Shown: positions 1 to 14,689, numbered from the stretch's first letter. The stretch: DNA of 64,000 nt from Epiperipatus broadwayi (GCA_028023455.1 JAQFVV010000004.1:14632001-14696000); one strand, 5' to 3'. Numbers and translations are program-made. Notes: generated by a model from the sequence alone, not told the origin.

Positions 1-238
1 TAACTTTGAACTCATCATTCATTTCAGGCTGCATATTATTTATTTATTTCACAAATGAAGAATAAATTATTTTAGAACTTGATTTTTTTTATTGATTGTG
101 TTGTTAATGAATAGTTGAAAGATGTAAAAGATACCCTTTTTTTCTATTTATTCAAGTGTCATCCTGAGTAAAAGACTTTATTTGTCCAAATTTATATTTC
201 TTTTATACAATTTATTAAGTAGATTAAAGACTTCTTTA

Positions 239-482
<244 letters not shown>

Positions 483-2199
483 GGATACATTAGCTCATAA
501 GAGAAGTATATGCCTCCTTTAGTCTACTAGAATGCCACTTATGTATTCAACAACCTAATATGATATTTAAAGAACCCTGACATCATTGATTATTATTATT
601 TCATTAATTATTGTAATTAATTTTATTAGTCCAAAAGTAAATGATGTGACAAAAGAAACTCTGTATTATTCATAGTACTATAAAAAAGTACATTACATTT
701 TACTCCATATGATTATATTGGATCAGATCATGTCAATAAATTGATTGGTGACAAATATATTAAGATACAGTGAAGAATTTTATTAGAAGATTTTGTATTA
801 AATAAAAATATTTCTGATGCTCAGAGAATGTATTTTAATAGAGGGAAATATATGTTCTAAAAGTGTTGTATAGGAATGAGTGAAGCTTTTTCTCTTCCTA
901 ATTTATTCATTTACTTTGTAGTGAGATGCATTTTGCTAGTGTTTTAAAATTTTCTTATATTTTAATGCATGTCTCTGTACTGTAGTAATTATAGCTAGTA
1001 ACCCCAGAGAGTTTAGCCATTATTTTCATTATCTCTTATCTCTCTCCTTATTTGTTTAGAATTTGTATGACCACTGCAGCATGTCATCACTATCTCAGCT
1101 TGCCTCTGTTTTATTGGTTATAGTATATACATATAGAAATGAAAGTGTCAATAAAATGGCTTCCAGCATTTATGTGAAACTTAAAACTAGATTCAAGGGC
1201 CCGAGCACCCTATATTTGTAATGTTAAATAAAACTACTACAACATTTAAGATAATTAGAGATTATAAGTTTTTATAAATTAAATGTCAAAATTCAGATTA
1301 ATAATAATTATCTGTGACATCTTAGATTTGGAGATATACAAAGATTTTTACAAGGATCCTGATCAGTTCAACAAAATAAGAACAATCTTAAGAAGTCTAA
1401 AAAATGCCTCAAAAATCCTTTTTACCTGATAATCAGGTAATTCTGTCAAACAATAATTGAGTGAGTTTAAAGGTAGACATTCAGATATAATTTTTTAGTG
1501 TCTTTTTTAAAGAAAATATAATTTTGTAATATATTTCTAAATCATTCAAAATTAAAATAGAAACGTAATAAGTAAAAATATTTGCCATTTTTTATCCATA
1601 ACATAGTGTCTGATCATTTTTTTAAACTTTAAAAAAATAACTAATGCTTTAATTATTAAATAAAATTGATTGTTAATAATTGTTAACTATAATTAAAGTT
1701 TTAAAAGATGTTTATTTATTTAATTTTTATTATAATTGCATAAAAAAGAATGAAAAAAATTAAACTTGTCTAACAGAAAAAATAGTTCCTGCTACATATA
1801 AAAACATTAAAATCATGAGTGCCATATGATTTGACTAACTTCTTCCATCTTTTGATGAAAATGTAACTAGAATTTAATTTTTTTTTAATAAATATAAATT
1901 AGAAATCAAATGAAAATATTAACAGAGATAACTGTCAGAATTTGGCTTCTTATCAGTGAGATATTAGCAGTAAAAAATTAATAAAACTAAACTACTAATT
2001 TAGATTTATGGTTTTAAGAATATTAGAATTACTAAGAAGAAAAATGAAGAAGTAGATAATTATGCCTGTAAGATCAAATGATATCATCTAAACAAATTAA
2101 AGTGAAAAAAAGAAAACTGGATATAAATAATTACACTAAAAGCACGCTATTTTATTTAAAAAGCTTTTAATCAAAATTATTATCTGTGGGAATTGTAGT

Positions 2200-2640
2200 T
2201 GTAAAACAAGAACCATGAATTCTAAAATAAAATCAAAATTGAAAGAGATATAAAATGTATAAATCCAAATAAGTTGATAATAACAGAGGGAGAGGATTAA
2301 AAAATAAATAAATTCAATCCTAAATTAATATTACTAATATTATTACGACAATTAAAAACATTAAAGGTAAATGGAATTGGAATGCAATATAAAATATAGA
2401 AGTTTTTGATTAGATAAAAAAAAAAAACATTGACAGAAAAGAGCTGTTTGTGTGATGGTCAATATTCTATGAATTCTAAATGGAAGTAGAAAATATCCTG
2501 AAATTCATTTGTTTAATATTAATGAAAGGTTATTCACTGAGGATATCCAATATCCAAAAACTAGCCTCTCTGTCTATTTAATATTACTATTTGGAATCCA
2601 TAAAAGGCTTAAAAGTTATGTAGATTATTATTAACATGAA
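2200..2640 (+). pseudogene. very degraded non-LTR retrotransposon RT fragment (L2/CR1/Jockey-like)
   Basis: Broken translation resembles LL.KL...GI.G...WI..FL..R followed by a YADD-like end (tatgtagat); many stops. Confidence 0.3.
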
Positions 2641-3577
2641 TTGTTGTAATTCATACCAAAAGGAAAAAAATATTTTTTAAGAAAAATTCACCAGTTTAAT
2701 GAAATAATAAATAAGAAAGTTTACTGAATTATTATAGAAAAATAAAGATATATAACAGTTTTTTATAAAGTATTTCAAAAGTATATTTATTATAGAAAGT
2801 ATGTTTTGTAATAGACTGTGACTTATAATGACATCATATTCACAAATTATAATCTATTATAAAATAAGAACTATACCAATATTTAATTTTTATTTGTATT
2901 AACATTAATTAATATTACAACTTCTTCATCAGAGAAGCATATGTTGATTTTCAATTTAATTCGATATTTATCATTATTCTATTATTATTATTTGTTCTTT
3001 TACAAAGTTTTTATATTATTATTTTTTAATTTAATCCTTTTTTTGCTTTGAATAACTTTATAATTATGCAAATCATTTTTCTAAACATTATCACAGAATT
3101 ACTTTTCACGATTTATTTTATGAAGAAAATAGAAATATATTGACTCCTAGAATAGAGATAGTAATGTGAGAGCTATCTATCTGCAACTTTTATAAATAAT
3201 ACTCGATTAACTCATTATGGAATATTGAGTTAAAATGTAAAAAAACTCAAACATCATAATCTACTGCTAAAATAACTTAATTGTTGTTTTTATTGTTGTT
3301 GTGTTGTTGTTTTTGGTATTACCCTTTGCAAATTCTTAATAATCTCAGGTTCTATAAATAATACTGGATAAAATAGAGAAAAGTAAGAAGTCATTAGGTT
3401 AGTCAGACAATTCAAAAAAATCTCAGCCCTAATTTTAATTTGTTTAGTTTTTTATAAACTTGAATTACGTTATAATGAATCTAATTTATTTATGACTCAT
3501 TAAACACCAAATGATAAAATCAACATACTTTATTTTTATAATTTTTCTGACTTTTATTCAGATAAGTATTTTTTTGG

Positions 3578-3690
3578 CAAGCGTTGTTAGCCGAGAGGTC
3601 ATCGTACTCGCCTTGCAAGCAAGTAGTTGGTTGCAGACGGGTGTGGGTTTGCGTCCCGGCCGATGCTATGACATATGGAAAAAAAAAAAA
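3578..3690 (+). mobile_element. tRNA-derived SINE copy S1 (~100 bp, A tail)
   Basis: A-box-like TAGCCGAGAGG, B-box-like GGGTTTGCGTCCC, then TATGACAT and poly-A; near-identical copies at 4471, 31403 and 54267. Confidence 0.85.
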
Positions 3691-4470
3691 GCAGTTACTA
3701 CTGTTGAATCTTTGTTGCTAGTTTTTCCCTATCAATGAGAAACTATTAAAATTACATTCTAAAATAAGTCACACTCTGGCAATATTTGTCTCTGATATCA
3801 CTCAATTTGATTTCAAGTTTATTAATGTACTAGGGGGCTTGGCCACTTATGTCTTTAACACTGGCTAAATTCCATCATTATTTTTCCCAAGGGCAAAAAT
3901 ACATAAAATGCTAATTATGTTTTTTTTTTTACATATTTAAGCACATTTTATTCTTTTATTAATTGGGACAGAGCATTAAATAAATAATTATTAACGGTTT
4001 TTTACTATAGCTACTGAATTTCTGCTTAAAATTTTTATTTTTCTCCCACTTAATTCTGAAATCATATATATTAGAATCTTATAAAAAAGTTGCCGTAAAT
4101 GTTGATAATAAAGTATTGTTTGTCTATGAAAAGAAAATCAAATTCAGTTTTTGCTGCATTAAATAAGTCTGAAATTATTTCATAAATTGCAACTATTTTC
4201 TTTAACATATATTTAAGTGTGTCGAACAAGTTTATTGTTAATGCATTTTTTTACTACAGTTGTTCTTTTCTGCCAAATTTTTAGCAAGTTTGTGGGTTTT
4301 TTTTTTACAAGGATGACATTTTATTTGCTGATTAACAATTTACATCCAGCATTTTTAGTAAACTACATCAACAGGTACTACTTTCTTTGTTTTATTTATT
4401 AATTTATATATGAGAATATTTTTTCAAGAGGTGAAGGCATTTAGTCACATCCATTTGTGACTTAAAACTT

Positions 4471-4590
4471 TATATATATATATATATTTTCATATGTCAT
4501 AGCATCGGCCAGGAGGCGAACCCACAACCATCTGCAAACAACTACTTGCTTGTAAGGCAGCTGCAATGACCTCTCGGCTAACAACGCTTG
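4471..4590 (-). mobile_element. tRNA-derived SINE copy S2 (TA tail)
   Basis: Reverse complement reads gcgttgttagccgagaggtc...gtgggttcgcctcctggccgatgctatgacat followed by (TA)n. Confidence 0.85.
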
Positions 4591-5986
4591 ACATGAAACT
4601 TTTTATATTTAGCTATAAGTATTTTTGTTCTATCAAATGTTTTCAATTTTCTTCGTTAATTTGCTAAACAATACATACATAAGTAACACATTTGCTAATT
4701 TTAATTAGAGTTACCATTTTGTTCATAATTTATTATATTTAATAATCACATTTTTTTACGTTTATAATACAATCATTCATTACAATACCAATTAAAAAAT
4801 AATAAAAATTTAAAACTTTTTATTTTTATGAAAATGTCTTAAAATATATGTTTGTACTTCCTATTTTAATTTTGAAAGATATAATTATAGATATATATTA
4901 TATAAACACTTTTTAACAAGTATATTAAAAAAATTAGGTCTAAATATTTATTTCAAATGCAGTCAAAATACTTTTATCTGAGAGATTAATAGATTAACAT
5001 TTTCAATTTCTAAAGTTTTAGTAAAACCATCTGTAAATAATACACTATAGGTCTTTCAGTAGACCACTATACAGGAACAGTACTGCAACCTTCATATGTC
5101 ACATGATGAGAATCTTAGCAGTTTTTTTTTTGCTTTCCATTTAGTTAAATTTCATGAATTATCCAATATTCTAATATTATTGGATAGTGGGCTAAGCTGG
5201 ACATTTTACAGTTCTTCAAAAAAAATTAAGATTGTTTTGAATTGAAAAAATTTCCCAAGTTTAGCCCAGATCAGGTTCAAATTCTAGGTCATAATCATCA
5301 AAAATATCTGTAGCAAGTATTAACCATGAGATCTACTGTTTGATACTCTTTATAAAATAAATTATACTTCTGTGAATTTCATTACTTCAGCTGCTACACT
5401 CTTTATAAATATTTTCAAATAATTATCAGAATACTAGAATATTGAGTATCAACCCTTTCAGTGCAATATCAATCATGTATCAAAACTTAAAACTTTTTCC
5501 AACACTATTTGAACAGCTTTTACTTTTTCTCTTGGCTTTGTTTTTTTTTTTTATTACAACCAAATGTTTGTGAGATACATCTTAATGACATAACTCATAA
5601 TACTAAATTTGAGATTCCAGAATAAATTTAATAAAAAAAATAATAAGTAATGATAAACTGTACTGGCAATGATCAAATGTTATTTGATCATAATACTGTA
5701 TGACCACTTTACCCCAATTTGTATTCCAACAAAAAACTTTATGGGTATAATACAATGTCAAAAAATATTAACAAAAAATATGCAATATGTTAATTGTGAA
5801 TGTGTGTGTGTGATATTTTTCTTTAGTCTAAGATTCTTTTAGGTATTTTACTATCCTGCTTAATTAAATTCATTGCAGTAAAGACTATAAATTATGTTCT
5901 ACCTTCTTCCAGACAATTTTAACTATTATACTTCAATAACTAAATTACAGACATGAAACATATTTCCTGACTTTCAATAAGTCAGA

Positions 5987-6229
5987 ATGACTAATCATAG
6001 ATTTGACATTTTGCATAAGAATAAAGATAGACCGGTTTCAAAACATTTTAACTTACCAAATCATTCAATTGATGATTTAAAAGTAGTGATTCTTCAGGAA
6101 GGTTTTTTTTCTACAAGGGAGAGGAAACAAAAGGAGAATTTTTTTATTTTTAAATTCAAGATCTTAGAACCACATGGATTGAATTTAAACACTGGAACTA
6201 TTACATCTCTGGGTCACCTGGTCTCCTAA
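5987..6229 (+). pseudogene. Penelope-like element GIY-YIG endonuclease C-terminal fragment
   Basis: MTNHRFDI..PVSKHFNLPNHSIDDLKVVILQ..R.QKE.FFIFKFKILEPHGLN matches the R..H / V..HF...H / R...E...I / P.GLN pattern typical of PLE endonucleases; frame broken upstream. Confidence 0.8.
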
Positions 6230-6727
6230 ATGATTTCTATATGTGTGTTTTTTATATGAAAATTTTCTTATATGAGGTTTTTTATGTAAAGATTGGTTAC
6301 ATGGATGTTTAATATCTGTGGGTAATTGGTTTATAGATAAATAATTAGTTATAAATTATTGTACTTTGCACTAACTATAATTTTTGATTAAAATGTATAA
6401 GTATTTTAGTTTTTAATGAATATTAATGTGAGCACAGCTATTTTTTGTATGTGAGCATAGTTTAATTTTTCTATGTATGCACATATGTATATTTTAATTT
6501 TTAATTTTGGATTTTTTAATTTTGGATTTTTATATTTATAATTTAAATAGAATTTAAGCTTGATTAGGAGGGAATGTAGTTTTTTTTTTTTTTTTGTTTG
6601 AATTTTGTCATTGATTGTGTAGATATTCTGTGTTAGATTTTGTGACCAATCAGGGGGGTTTTGTTAAATTTTTAATCTTTTACCAAATCTGTAATTTTTG
6701 ATTATCGCCATTTTACTGTGTATTTTT

Positions 6728-6775
6728 TTTCTTTCTGATGAAAACCAGTCCTCTGGTTGAAATATAATATTATTT
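6728..6775 (+). ncRNA. degenerate minimal hammerhead ribozyme
   Basis: CTGATGA (6735-6741), A, stem II AACCAG/CTGGTT with TCCT loop, GAAA (6759-6762), then TATAATA; stem I does not pair. Confidence 0.55.
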
Positions 6776-7489
6776 ATTGGATTTATAAGTCTTTTTTTTT
6801 TTGTTTATATATATATATGTATATATATCTAGCATGGTTTATTGCAGTGGTAGAGTGTCACATTCTGGGTCTTTGGATTGATTCCAGTTTTGATACTGCT
6901 GAAACTCAAACTTCTTATGAAGTCCTAAATAATAAAGTCATTTAACTATTTTTTTACTATATAACATCTGAATATAAAAAATTATTTTTGTTATGATATT
7001 TCTTTTGAAAAACATTTTAAAACTGCTTATTAAATAATATTTTTTATTAATCAATCAGATAACTTTCTTAAAGTCACAATAAAAAATGTACTTTTACTAA
7101 AGCACTAAGTAATCTCATTGTTATGAAAGGAAAAGGATTAATAGCTGCCTAGGTTATATCTTGTTTAAGAGATCTCTAAAATTTTAAAACTTTTTTTGTT
7201 ATCTTATTTGAAGTAAATAATTTTTGGCAGATTGTTTCCTAGTAGATATTTGTTTTAAGTAAAAAAAATTATAAAATTGTCAAAAAAATAAATGATGGTA
7301 TCAGCTGGTCGTAGTATTCTATGCCCACTTTTTTATGCAGAAAATTTAAAATAAGTACAGTACTTTCATGTAGCATGTAAAAAAAGGGCCATCTAATATA
7401 GGGCTGGCTTTTATATTTGTAAATTCATAATATGTCATTATTGATACACTGTATATTCTAAATATATATATATATATATCACTGCAAAG

Positions 7490-7913
7490 AAATCAAGTCA
7501 TAGATCACATGACTTAATCTTATAAGCTTGTACAACAAATGTTATATAATGAGCTTTAATAGCTCTTAACAAGCTTTTCCAAATACCCTATACCCAGACC
7601 AGTTTCTAACTTTTGGCCTTCCTCAGTGAGTGCTATGATATTCAAACATTAGATTAAAAATATCAGTACAAGACCAGCATTTATCTAATAGTTAACTATT
7701 AAGTAGAAAATCTGAAATTTTCAGACAACTATATGTCTTCAAATCCAGCTATTTAACTTAAGTAGCCATATGGGAGTAAACTAAGTTTAGATCCACCGTA
7801 TGCAATATAACATTGTGAAATCCACAAGAACAACAAAGCCAAAAACTAGAAACCAGTCTGTGAGTAGGAATATTTGAAAAGCTTGTTAAGAGCTATTAAA
7901 GCTCATTATATAA
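7490..7913. mobile_element. foldback element family D with one-sided tail
   Basis: ~44-bp inverted repeats at 7542-7585 and 7871-7913; left extension 7490-7541 resembles the tails of families A and E. Confidence 0.75.
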
Positions 7914-8236
7914 TACATATCACTAACTAAATAAATACTATTTCATTGATATTTAATTTGGATGCAATCTTTTTTAATTTAATATATAATTATGTCAGTT
8001 TTCATTAAAAATTGTTTAAAATGTAGCTAAAATTCATGCAATTTATTGCTTAAAACTAATAAAAATATTCAATTTGATATTAATGAACATTTATAAAATT
8101 TACCCTACTATTTTATGGTAATATTTAATATATAGGGTATATGAGCACAGACTTTCACATGACCCACCACTCTCCACTCTATCTAATAACACTGATACAC
8201 GTAAACACATATATATTGAAAAGATACATAATCACC

Positions 8237-8546
8237 TAGTTGGCTTTCCAATTTTGGGCAGTAAACCGAATGTGGTCCCTGCACATTTGGACTGTTAATT
8301 GGGAGAAGGAGGTACTTATAATAGTCTTGACATGGCTCGGCTGCGGGTCAAGAGTTTATTATCCATGTACAGATACACATTAATCAAAATTATAATAACC
8401 CTTTTATGGACATAATTTTTATCTAGCATATGCACTTTATATAAATCTTGTCAACAATTGTTTTACCATGTAACATTAAACACTTTGTAATCCTTAACGC
8501 CCGAAAATTTTTGTAATCTTTTAACTAATAAAGGTTATTTTTGAGA
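8237..8546 (+). mobile_element. retroposed 3' fragment (LINE end or mRNA end) inserted into C1
   Basis: Flanked by ~18-bp direct repeats (gaaaagatacataatcacc 8218-8236 / aaaagataaataatcacc 8547-8564); AATAAA shortly before a short A run at its 3' end. Confidence 0.6.
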
Positions 8547-8561
8547 AAAAGATAAATAATC

Positions 8562-8607
8562 ACCAATATACATATTTCGTGCTAATCCAGCAATCATCAG
8601 TTAGTCC
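8562..8607 (-). ncRNA. minimal type I hammerhead ribozyme (C1)
   Basis: Reverse complement: ggactaa CTGATGA ttgct ggatt agcac GAAA tatgt ATA ttggt; core intact, stem I 5 bp, stem II with one basal mismatch. Confidence 0.75.
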
Positions 8608-9704
8608 AGATTACCATCTCTACACATATATACTATAAGTGCTCAGATATATATTAAGATAGACAATCTTCTTACTTTAATGGACAGGCTTCAATCCACT
8701 CCATACTCCAACTCTTCAACTGTCCATCCAATTGAAATTCTGATAATGGAATGCTCACAATATATCATTTTCTTTTATTGAAAGTTTGTGATAATGTTAT
8801 TTTATTTGTAATTATATGTTAGATTTTGATCGTTATTTAGTTTTAAATATTAAGTGTTTTTAGAAAAATTCAAACTTTTCAAATACATTCAACTGTTAGT
8901 TTTAACATGCACGTTAGTATATAATATATTTTAAATGCTAACTAACCGCTTAGTTTAAAAATTTCTACATAAATTTTCATAATTAAAACTAGGTAATGAA
9001 AATGATTCAACTTCAATTATGAATACCACTGTTTTGTCTGGATTTAACTTATAAGAATTTAAACGGCTTGTTTGATTAATAAAATTGTCATTTGATAGAT
9101 TAGGTAAGGAAAAAAATAGTTTTAAAACTATAAGATAATTGTTTGCAAATCTGTGAATAAAATTCATTCAGTTGAAAGAAAATCCATAAAACCACTATTA
9201 TTTACATCATGTAGGCAAACTAGAATTGATTAAAAAAAATTATAAATAGTCATGGCTTAAAGAAGTTAAAAATAAATATTAGATCAATTTAAATTACATA
9301 CGTGTCCTCTTTATAAGTCTAAAGAATTTCATATAGGCATGAAATGTTTCAGTACTTTTCATAGTGTTAATTAGATGTCGAATCTGATTTGTGGTGAGAG
9401 GGAATTGGTTGTTTTTAAAAATTATTTATAAAGAACAACAAACGTTTATATATTTTTCTTTAAATTGTGTGCTCACAAATGCTGCTAGACCAAAATTTTA
9501 ATCGTTTAAGTACTAAGGAAATTGCTGTTATAGACTTAGTGAGTAGTTTGGTATATATAATTATATATTTGAAAATATAAAAATTAGTGTGTAGGATTGA
9601 AAATACATCATTTATAAATTATTAAAAGAAAAAATTGTTATTAAAACGTAAAGTAATTGCTTTAAAAATTGTTTGTAGAAACCTTTTGTTATTAAGAAAA
9701 CGTG

Positions 9705-10185
9705 TTAAAACAGTTGCAACTCTCCATACAGAAGTGTCACAAAGTGCGAGCCATAGTAATTAATGGATGCAGCAAAATCCCTGCCTAGTACCTATTCATT
9801 CGATATTTAGATGCTTTCATCGGTGAGGAGCCTTGAATCTGTGAATACTATGCCTATATCTTTCGATCCAATGCAACTTGAAAGCAGCCATCTTTTAATT
9901 AACTATAAAACTATGAGTCCAAAATGAAAACATTATAATATTTTCAATCCAAGCTCTTTCACTTGTATAGTCATACAGATTCTGAATCCATTTCAGTATC
10001 TATACTTTTTAGTGGTATTGATTTTTTAATGATTTGTAACAACCATTATTATTTGGTCAGGATTGGTATTAAACCACTAAAGCATCATTAGATGCTGGGG
10101 GTATTGGATAAGCAGGCACTAGGTTGGGATTTTGAGAACAAACATTCTAGCATTCATTTATTGCTACGGCTTGCACTTAGTCGTA
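9705..10185. mobile_element. foldback family A copy A1
   Basis: ttaaaacag..ctctccatacag..gtaattaatggatgc left arm; partial inverted right arm ending gcttgcacttagtcg. Confidence 0.75.
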
Positions 10186-10739
10186 TAGTTATTAAATATT
10201 TAATATGATTTTATTTCAAATAGTTGATATATAATATGACTAAACTTCAGAAGGGGGGGGTGATAAGCTTATTTCACATACTGCTACCATCTTTTTCTAT
10301 GTAGTTCTCGATTTTTTAAAATCAAAGTAAGTTTCAATAAATCAGTCATTTAACAATGTAAGCAAGCTCAATATTTCACTTCCAGTTCTTAAATTTCATA
10401 TCAACTCCCCTACACTTATTTGATTGTAGCTCTTTGTGATTTAGCACAGTTTTGGAATGACAGATTTGAGACCTAAAAATATTTGTATTGAAATTCAATC
10501 AGTGTTTGAGCATCATGTGAACCTTCTAAGTAATTAAGCATTTAATTGTTTTTTATACATTTATGAAAATATTTTTATTGTGAATAACATTCCATTCTAA
10601 CTACTTCATTAATTACTTTCTACTTTACTTTTATAAATAAGAATAATAGAAGTATTTTATAAGGTAGTACAACTTTAGGGTCTCTATTTATGTAACATTT
10701 TAAAATAATTTTGAAGCTATGAGTCATTATCATATTTAA

Positions 10740-11150
10740 AAACTTCCCCAGCTGTCTTACCAAGCTCTATTGCTTTTCTGGGTTTTTTTTTTAAATTACA
10801 GAAAGCTGTTGAGCCTCCATAAGTTTGATATATCTGTTCTCATCTAAATAAGATGGTAAATTGAATACATCTTGTTATGCATCATTATTTAAAAAGTGAG
10901 CAAAAACACTCTATCTATTCAAAATATCTTCATTATTAAATGAAAAAGTATCATCTGCTAATTTGATATAATTAGATATGAGTTTTCAAATTTAAATGTC
11001 ATTTTAATAGCTTCACAAATAGTGGTCACTGGTTCAGAAAATGGTGAGTTAGTAATTTTAATTTTCCATTCATAAGTATGTTTAGATGCTGCTATAATTC
11101 CACTTTTCAGTTCTTACATTTATATGAAATATATATTTTATTATTCTGCA
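10740..11150 (-). pseudogene. degraded LINE reverse transcriptase fragment
   Basis: Minus-strand LADDTFSFNNED near 10940-10965 resembles the RT (F/Y)ADD motif. Confidence 0.45.
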
Positions 11151-11184
11151 AGTTTTCTTTGAATCATGCAAATTTTTTAATTTT

Positions 11185-11700
11185 TTTTTATTTTAAGTAA
11201 TAAACTTTATTAAACAAACATTTAAATATGTACATGAAATATCTACAAATTAGTTTTGATTCACCTTTTGCCCTACACCAAATTTACCGATCCTGTCCCC
11301 CCATCGCACCACATTGCAAATCTATAATACTCTCATTGTTGAAATGTCAATATTGTTTTCCTGTTAAATTCTAGAGTTAGGCCTTACAAATCTTCTTGAA
11401 AGATCTTCTACATACTTTTACTGTCTTATTTCTCTTTGTGTGTGTCCCTTTACTCCCACATTTCGCAAACAGTCATAGCAGTCCCTCCCCATACCTTTTC
11501 CATAATCTTCTTTGGCCAGTATTTCAAACACCTATCAAAATAGTTGTCCCAATCATTGTCAAGTTTCTTCAACCAATTAAACTTTTTGTTATCAAAGATT
11601 AATGAACACCAGATTGTCCATATAGTTTTCAATGCATGCATTATCACTATTGCGTTATGAGGTTTGAATTTTATTACATTTTGCTTCAGTAGTATTTTTT
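11185..11700 (-). mobile_element. L1/Tx1-like LINE 3' end
   Basis: Trp-rich ORF end (LKTIWTIWCSLIFDNKKF..W..Y) followed by AATAAA and an A-rich tail on the minus strand at ~11185-11212. Confidence 0.6.
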
Positions 11701-12037
11701 TTATGTGAGTTCAAGAATATACTTATTTGATCAGAATCACACTTCTTATAAAAATTATAAGTCTCAGTAGTGTTACAAACTTGAAAATCCTAATTGACAT
11801 TTTAGTGTTTAATTACAGTAAAAATTGAACCTAAATAACAATTGCTTCTTAAAAGGGCTACAATAAATTTTATTAAATTTGAAAATTATTATGATCAGTC
11901 TAACATATATTTCCTTCTACTTGTAGCATAATCCATAAAAACCCATTATTTTGAATGTGGATGCATTCAAAGATTTTTACAGTGAATTTTTTGTTCCTGT
12001 AAATTAAAATTCAATAACAATAGACCCTTAAAGTTTT

Positions 12038-13095
<1,058 letters not shown>

Positions 13096-14189
13096 GCAAA
13101 TACATTATTTATTATCAATTTGGGTTATAGTTAACTACATTCAATTTTCCCAGTCAGCAAAATCAATATGGATTAAATAATCTCCATTTACTTCTATTCC
13201 CTTAGCCTTACATTTTAATCCACAAAATACTTATTGTAAAATTGCTATAAAAAGTTATGGAGGTACAGAATTGCCTTGTCACATATTCTTCTCATGACTG
13301 AAATATTTTAAACATTGGCTAAAGAAAAGGTTCATTATGTGTATTTCATTTTTATTAAACATAACTGAGCAAATCAGATTCGTGGTACTCATAAATTGGC
13401 TGGGTATGCTGCAGTATTTGTTGATGAAATACTAATTATTAAAATTACATATTTAAATATTCCATTTGCTTGAGAATTGTATACTGTATTCTTTTTTTGA
13501 GAATGATGTAGTTGTTGATAGAGATAAACCATGCTTTCTTCACTATGCTAACAATATTGATGTTTGTTTAGTCAAAGGCATGGCTGAATTTTCATTCATG
13601 CTTTCAAAACTCTGATATATATTCAGTTATTTTTTTGCTCACTTGTATAAATTAATGTTAAGAAACCCTTATGGTATCATTTGCCCTCAATTTCCCCCTT
13701 GCAAGGCAGTATATTATGGAGAATCAAGAGCAAATATTGACACAAGGATCTCTCAACATAAATATTTATACAAATGAGTAAAAAGTAACTCTGAATATCA
13801 GTGTTTTGGGAGTATGAACAAAATTTCCGTCACATTTTTGACCAAACAAATGTCAATATTGTTTGCATGGAGCAAGGTAACAGAAATAGAAATGTGAAAG
13901 AGGCATGGTTTATGGCTGACAACAATCACATTATTAACAAAAAAACAAGTGGAATACTTAATTAACTAATTTAAATAATTAATTCTTCATTAATAAATAC
14001 TGCAGCATACTAGGCCAATCCACCAGTGCTATGAATCTGGTTTTCTAAACTGAAAGCATGCTCAAGTACATTTAATAAAATAAATACATATAAAAAAACC
14101 TTTTTTTTAGTCAATGTTTGAAATGTTTTGGCCAATTTATCACAAACAAGAATGAAAAGGATAATAAATAATTTATATTTGTATCTGTT

Positions 14190-14645
14190 GTGGCTCAACT
14201 TTTCTTCAAGAAATGAACTTGTCCAGATTACAATCTTATCTTGATCAATTTTAGAATTCATCATTACAGCATTCATCCATATATACCAATGAATTATATA
14301 TATATAAAATACATATTTTGCGGGTTCATCCGTGTTAAAAACTTTTAATATCAATATACTGACGTTTCGACTTGGTCCAAGTCGAAACGTCAGTATATTG
14401 ATATTAAAAGTTTTTAACACGGATGAACCCGCAAAATATGTATTTTATATATTTAACCCGTGCAAATCTTCGTTTTAACATATATATATTAAAAACCAAT
14501 CCCAATATTATTAACAATCAACAATTTCAAACTGCAATCAAGGCAACCGGTAAAATATAATCAATGACAGAAACAGGCCAATAGATGAAGATAATCAGTG
14601 AATCTGATTGCCCTTATTAACAAAGAGGACTGGGCTATAAATTAA
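14190..14645. repeat. interspersed repeat family B, copy 1 (interrupted by the palindromic element)
   Basis: ttacaatcttatcttgatca...taaaatataatcaatgac..ccaatagatgaagataatcagtgaat..ggctataaa matches 19780-19980. Confidence 0.65.
14300..14482 (+). mobile_element. perfect 153-bp palindrome plus ~30-bp one-sided tail; Penelope-type inverted pseudo-LTR end
   Basis: Arms 14300-14375 and 14377-14452 are exact reverse complements around T14376; centre gacttggtccaagtcGAAACgtcaGTA is the 3' half of a hammerhead; flanked by TA runs. Confidence 0.75.
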
Positions 14646-14689
14646 CAGTTTATTTTGAGGTTGCCTCACATTTGATTTCAAAAATAGCA

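Larger units (their letters stand above)
5950..6800 (+). mobile_element. 5'-truncated Penelope-like element (EN fragment plus pseudo-LTR)
   Basis: GIY-YIG fragment followed ~500 bp later by a hammerhead-like motif and a T-rich/TA end. Confidence 0.65.
8140..8720 (-). mobile_element. hammerhead-bearing repeat family C, copy C1 (interrupted)
   Basis: Aligns by eye to copies at 20635, 27075, 39685, 51525 and 52159. Confidence 0.85.

Noticed and set aside
2915-2945. Isolated CTGATGA words (2926 minus, 19373, 53215, 53478 minus)
   Set aside because: No stem II followed by GAAA.
14010-14420. 136-aa ORF
   Set aside because: Runs through the palindrome and a repeat; no recognisable domain.
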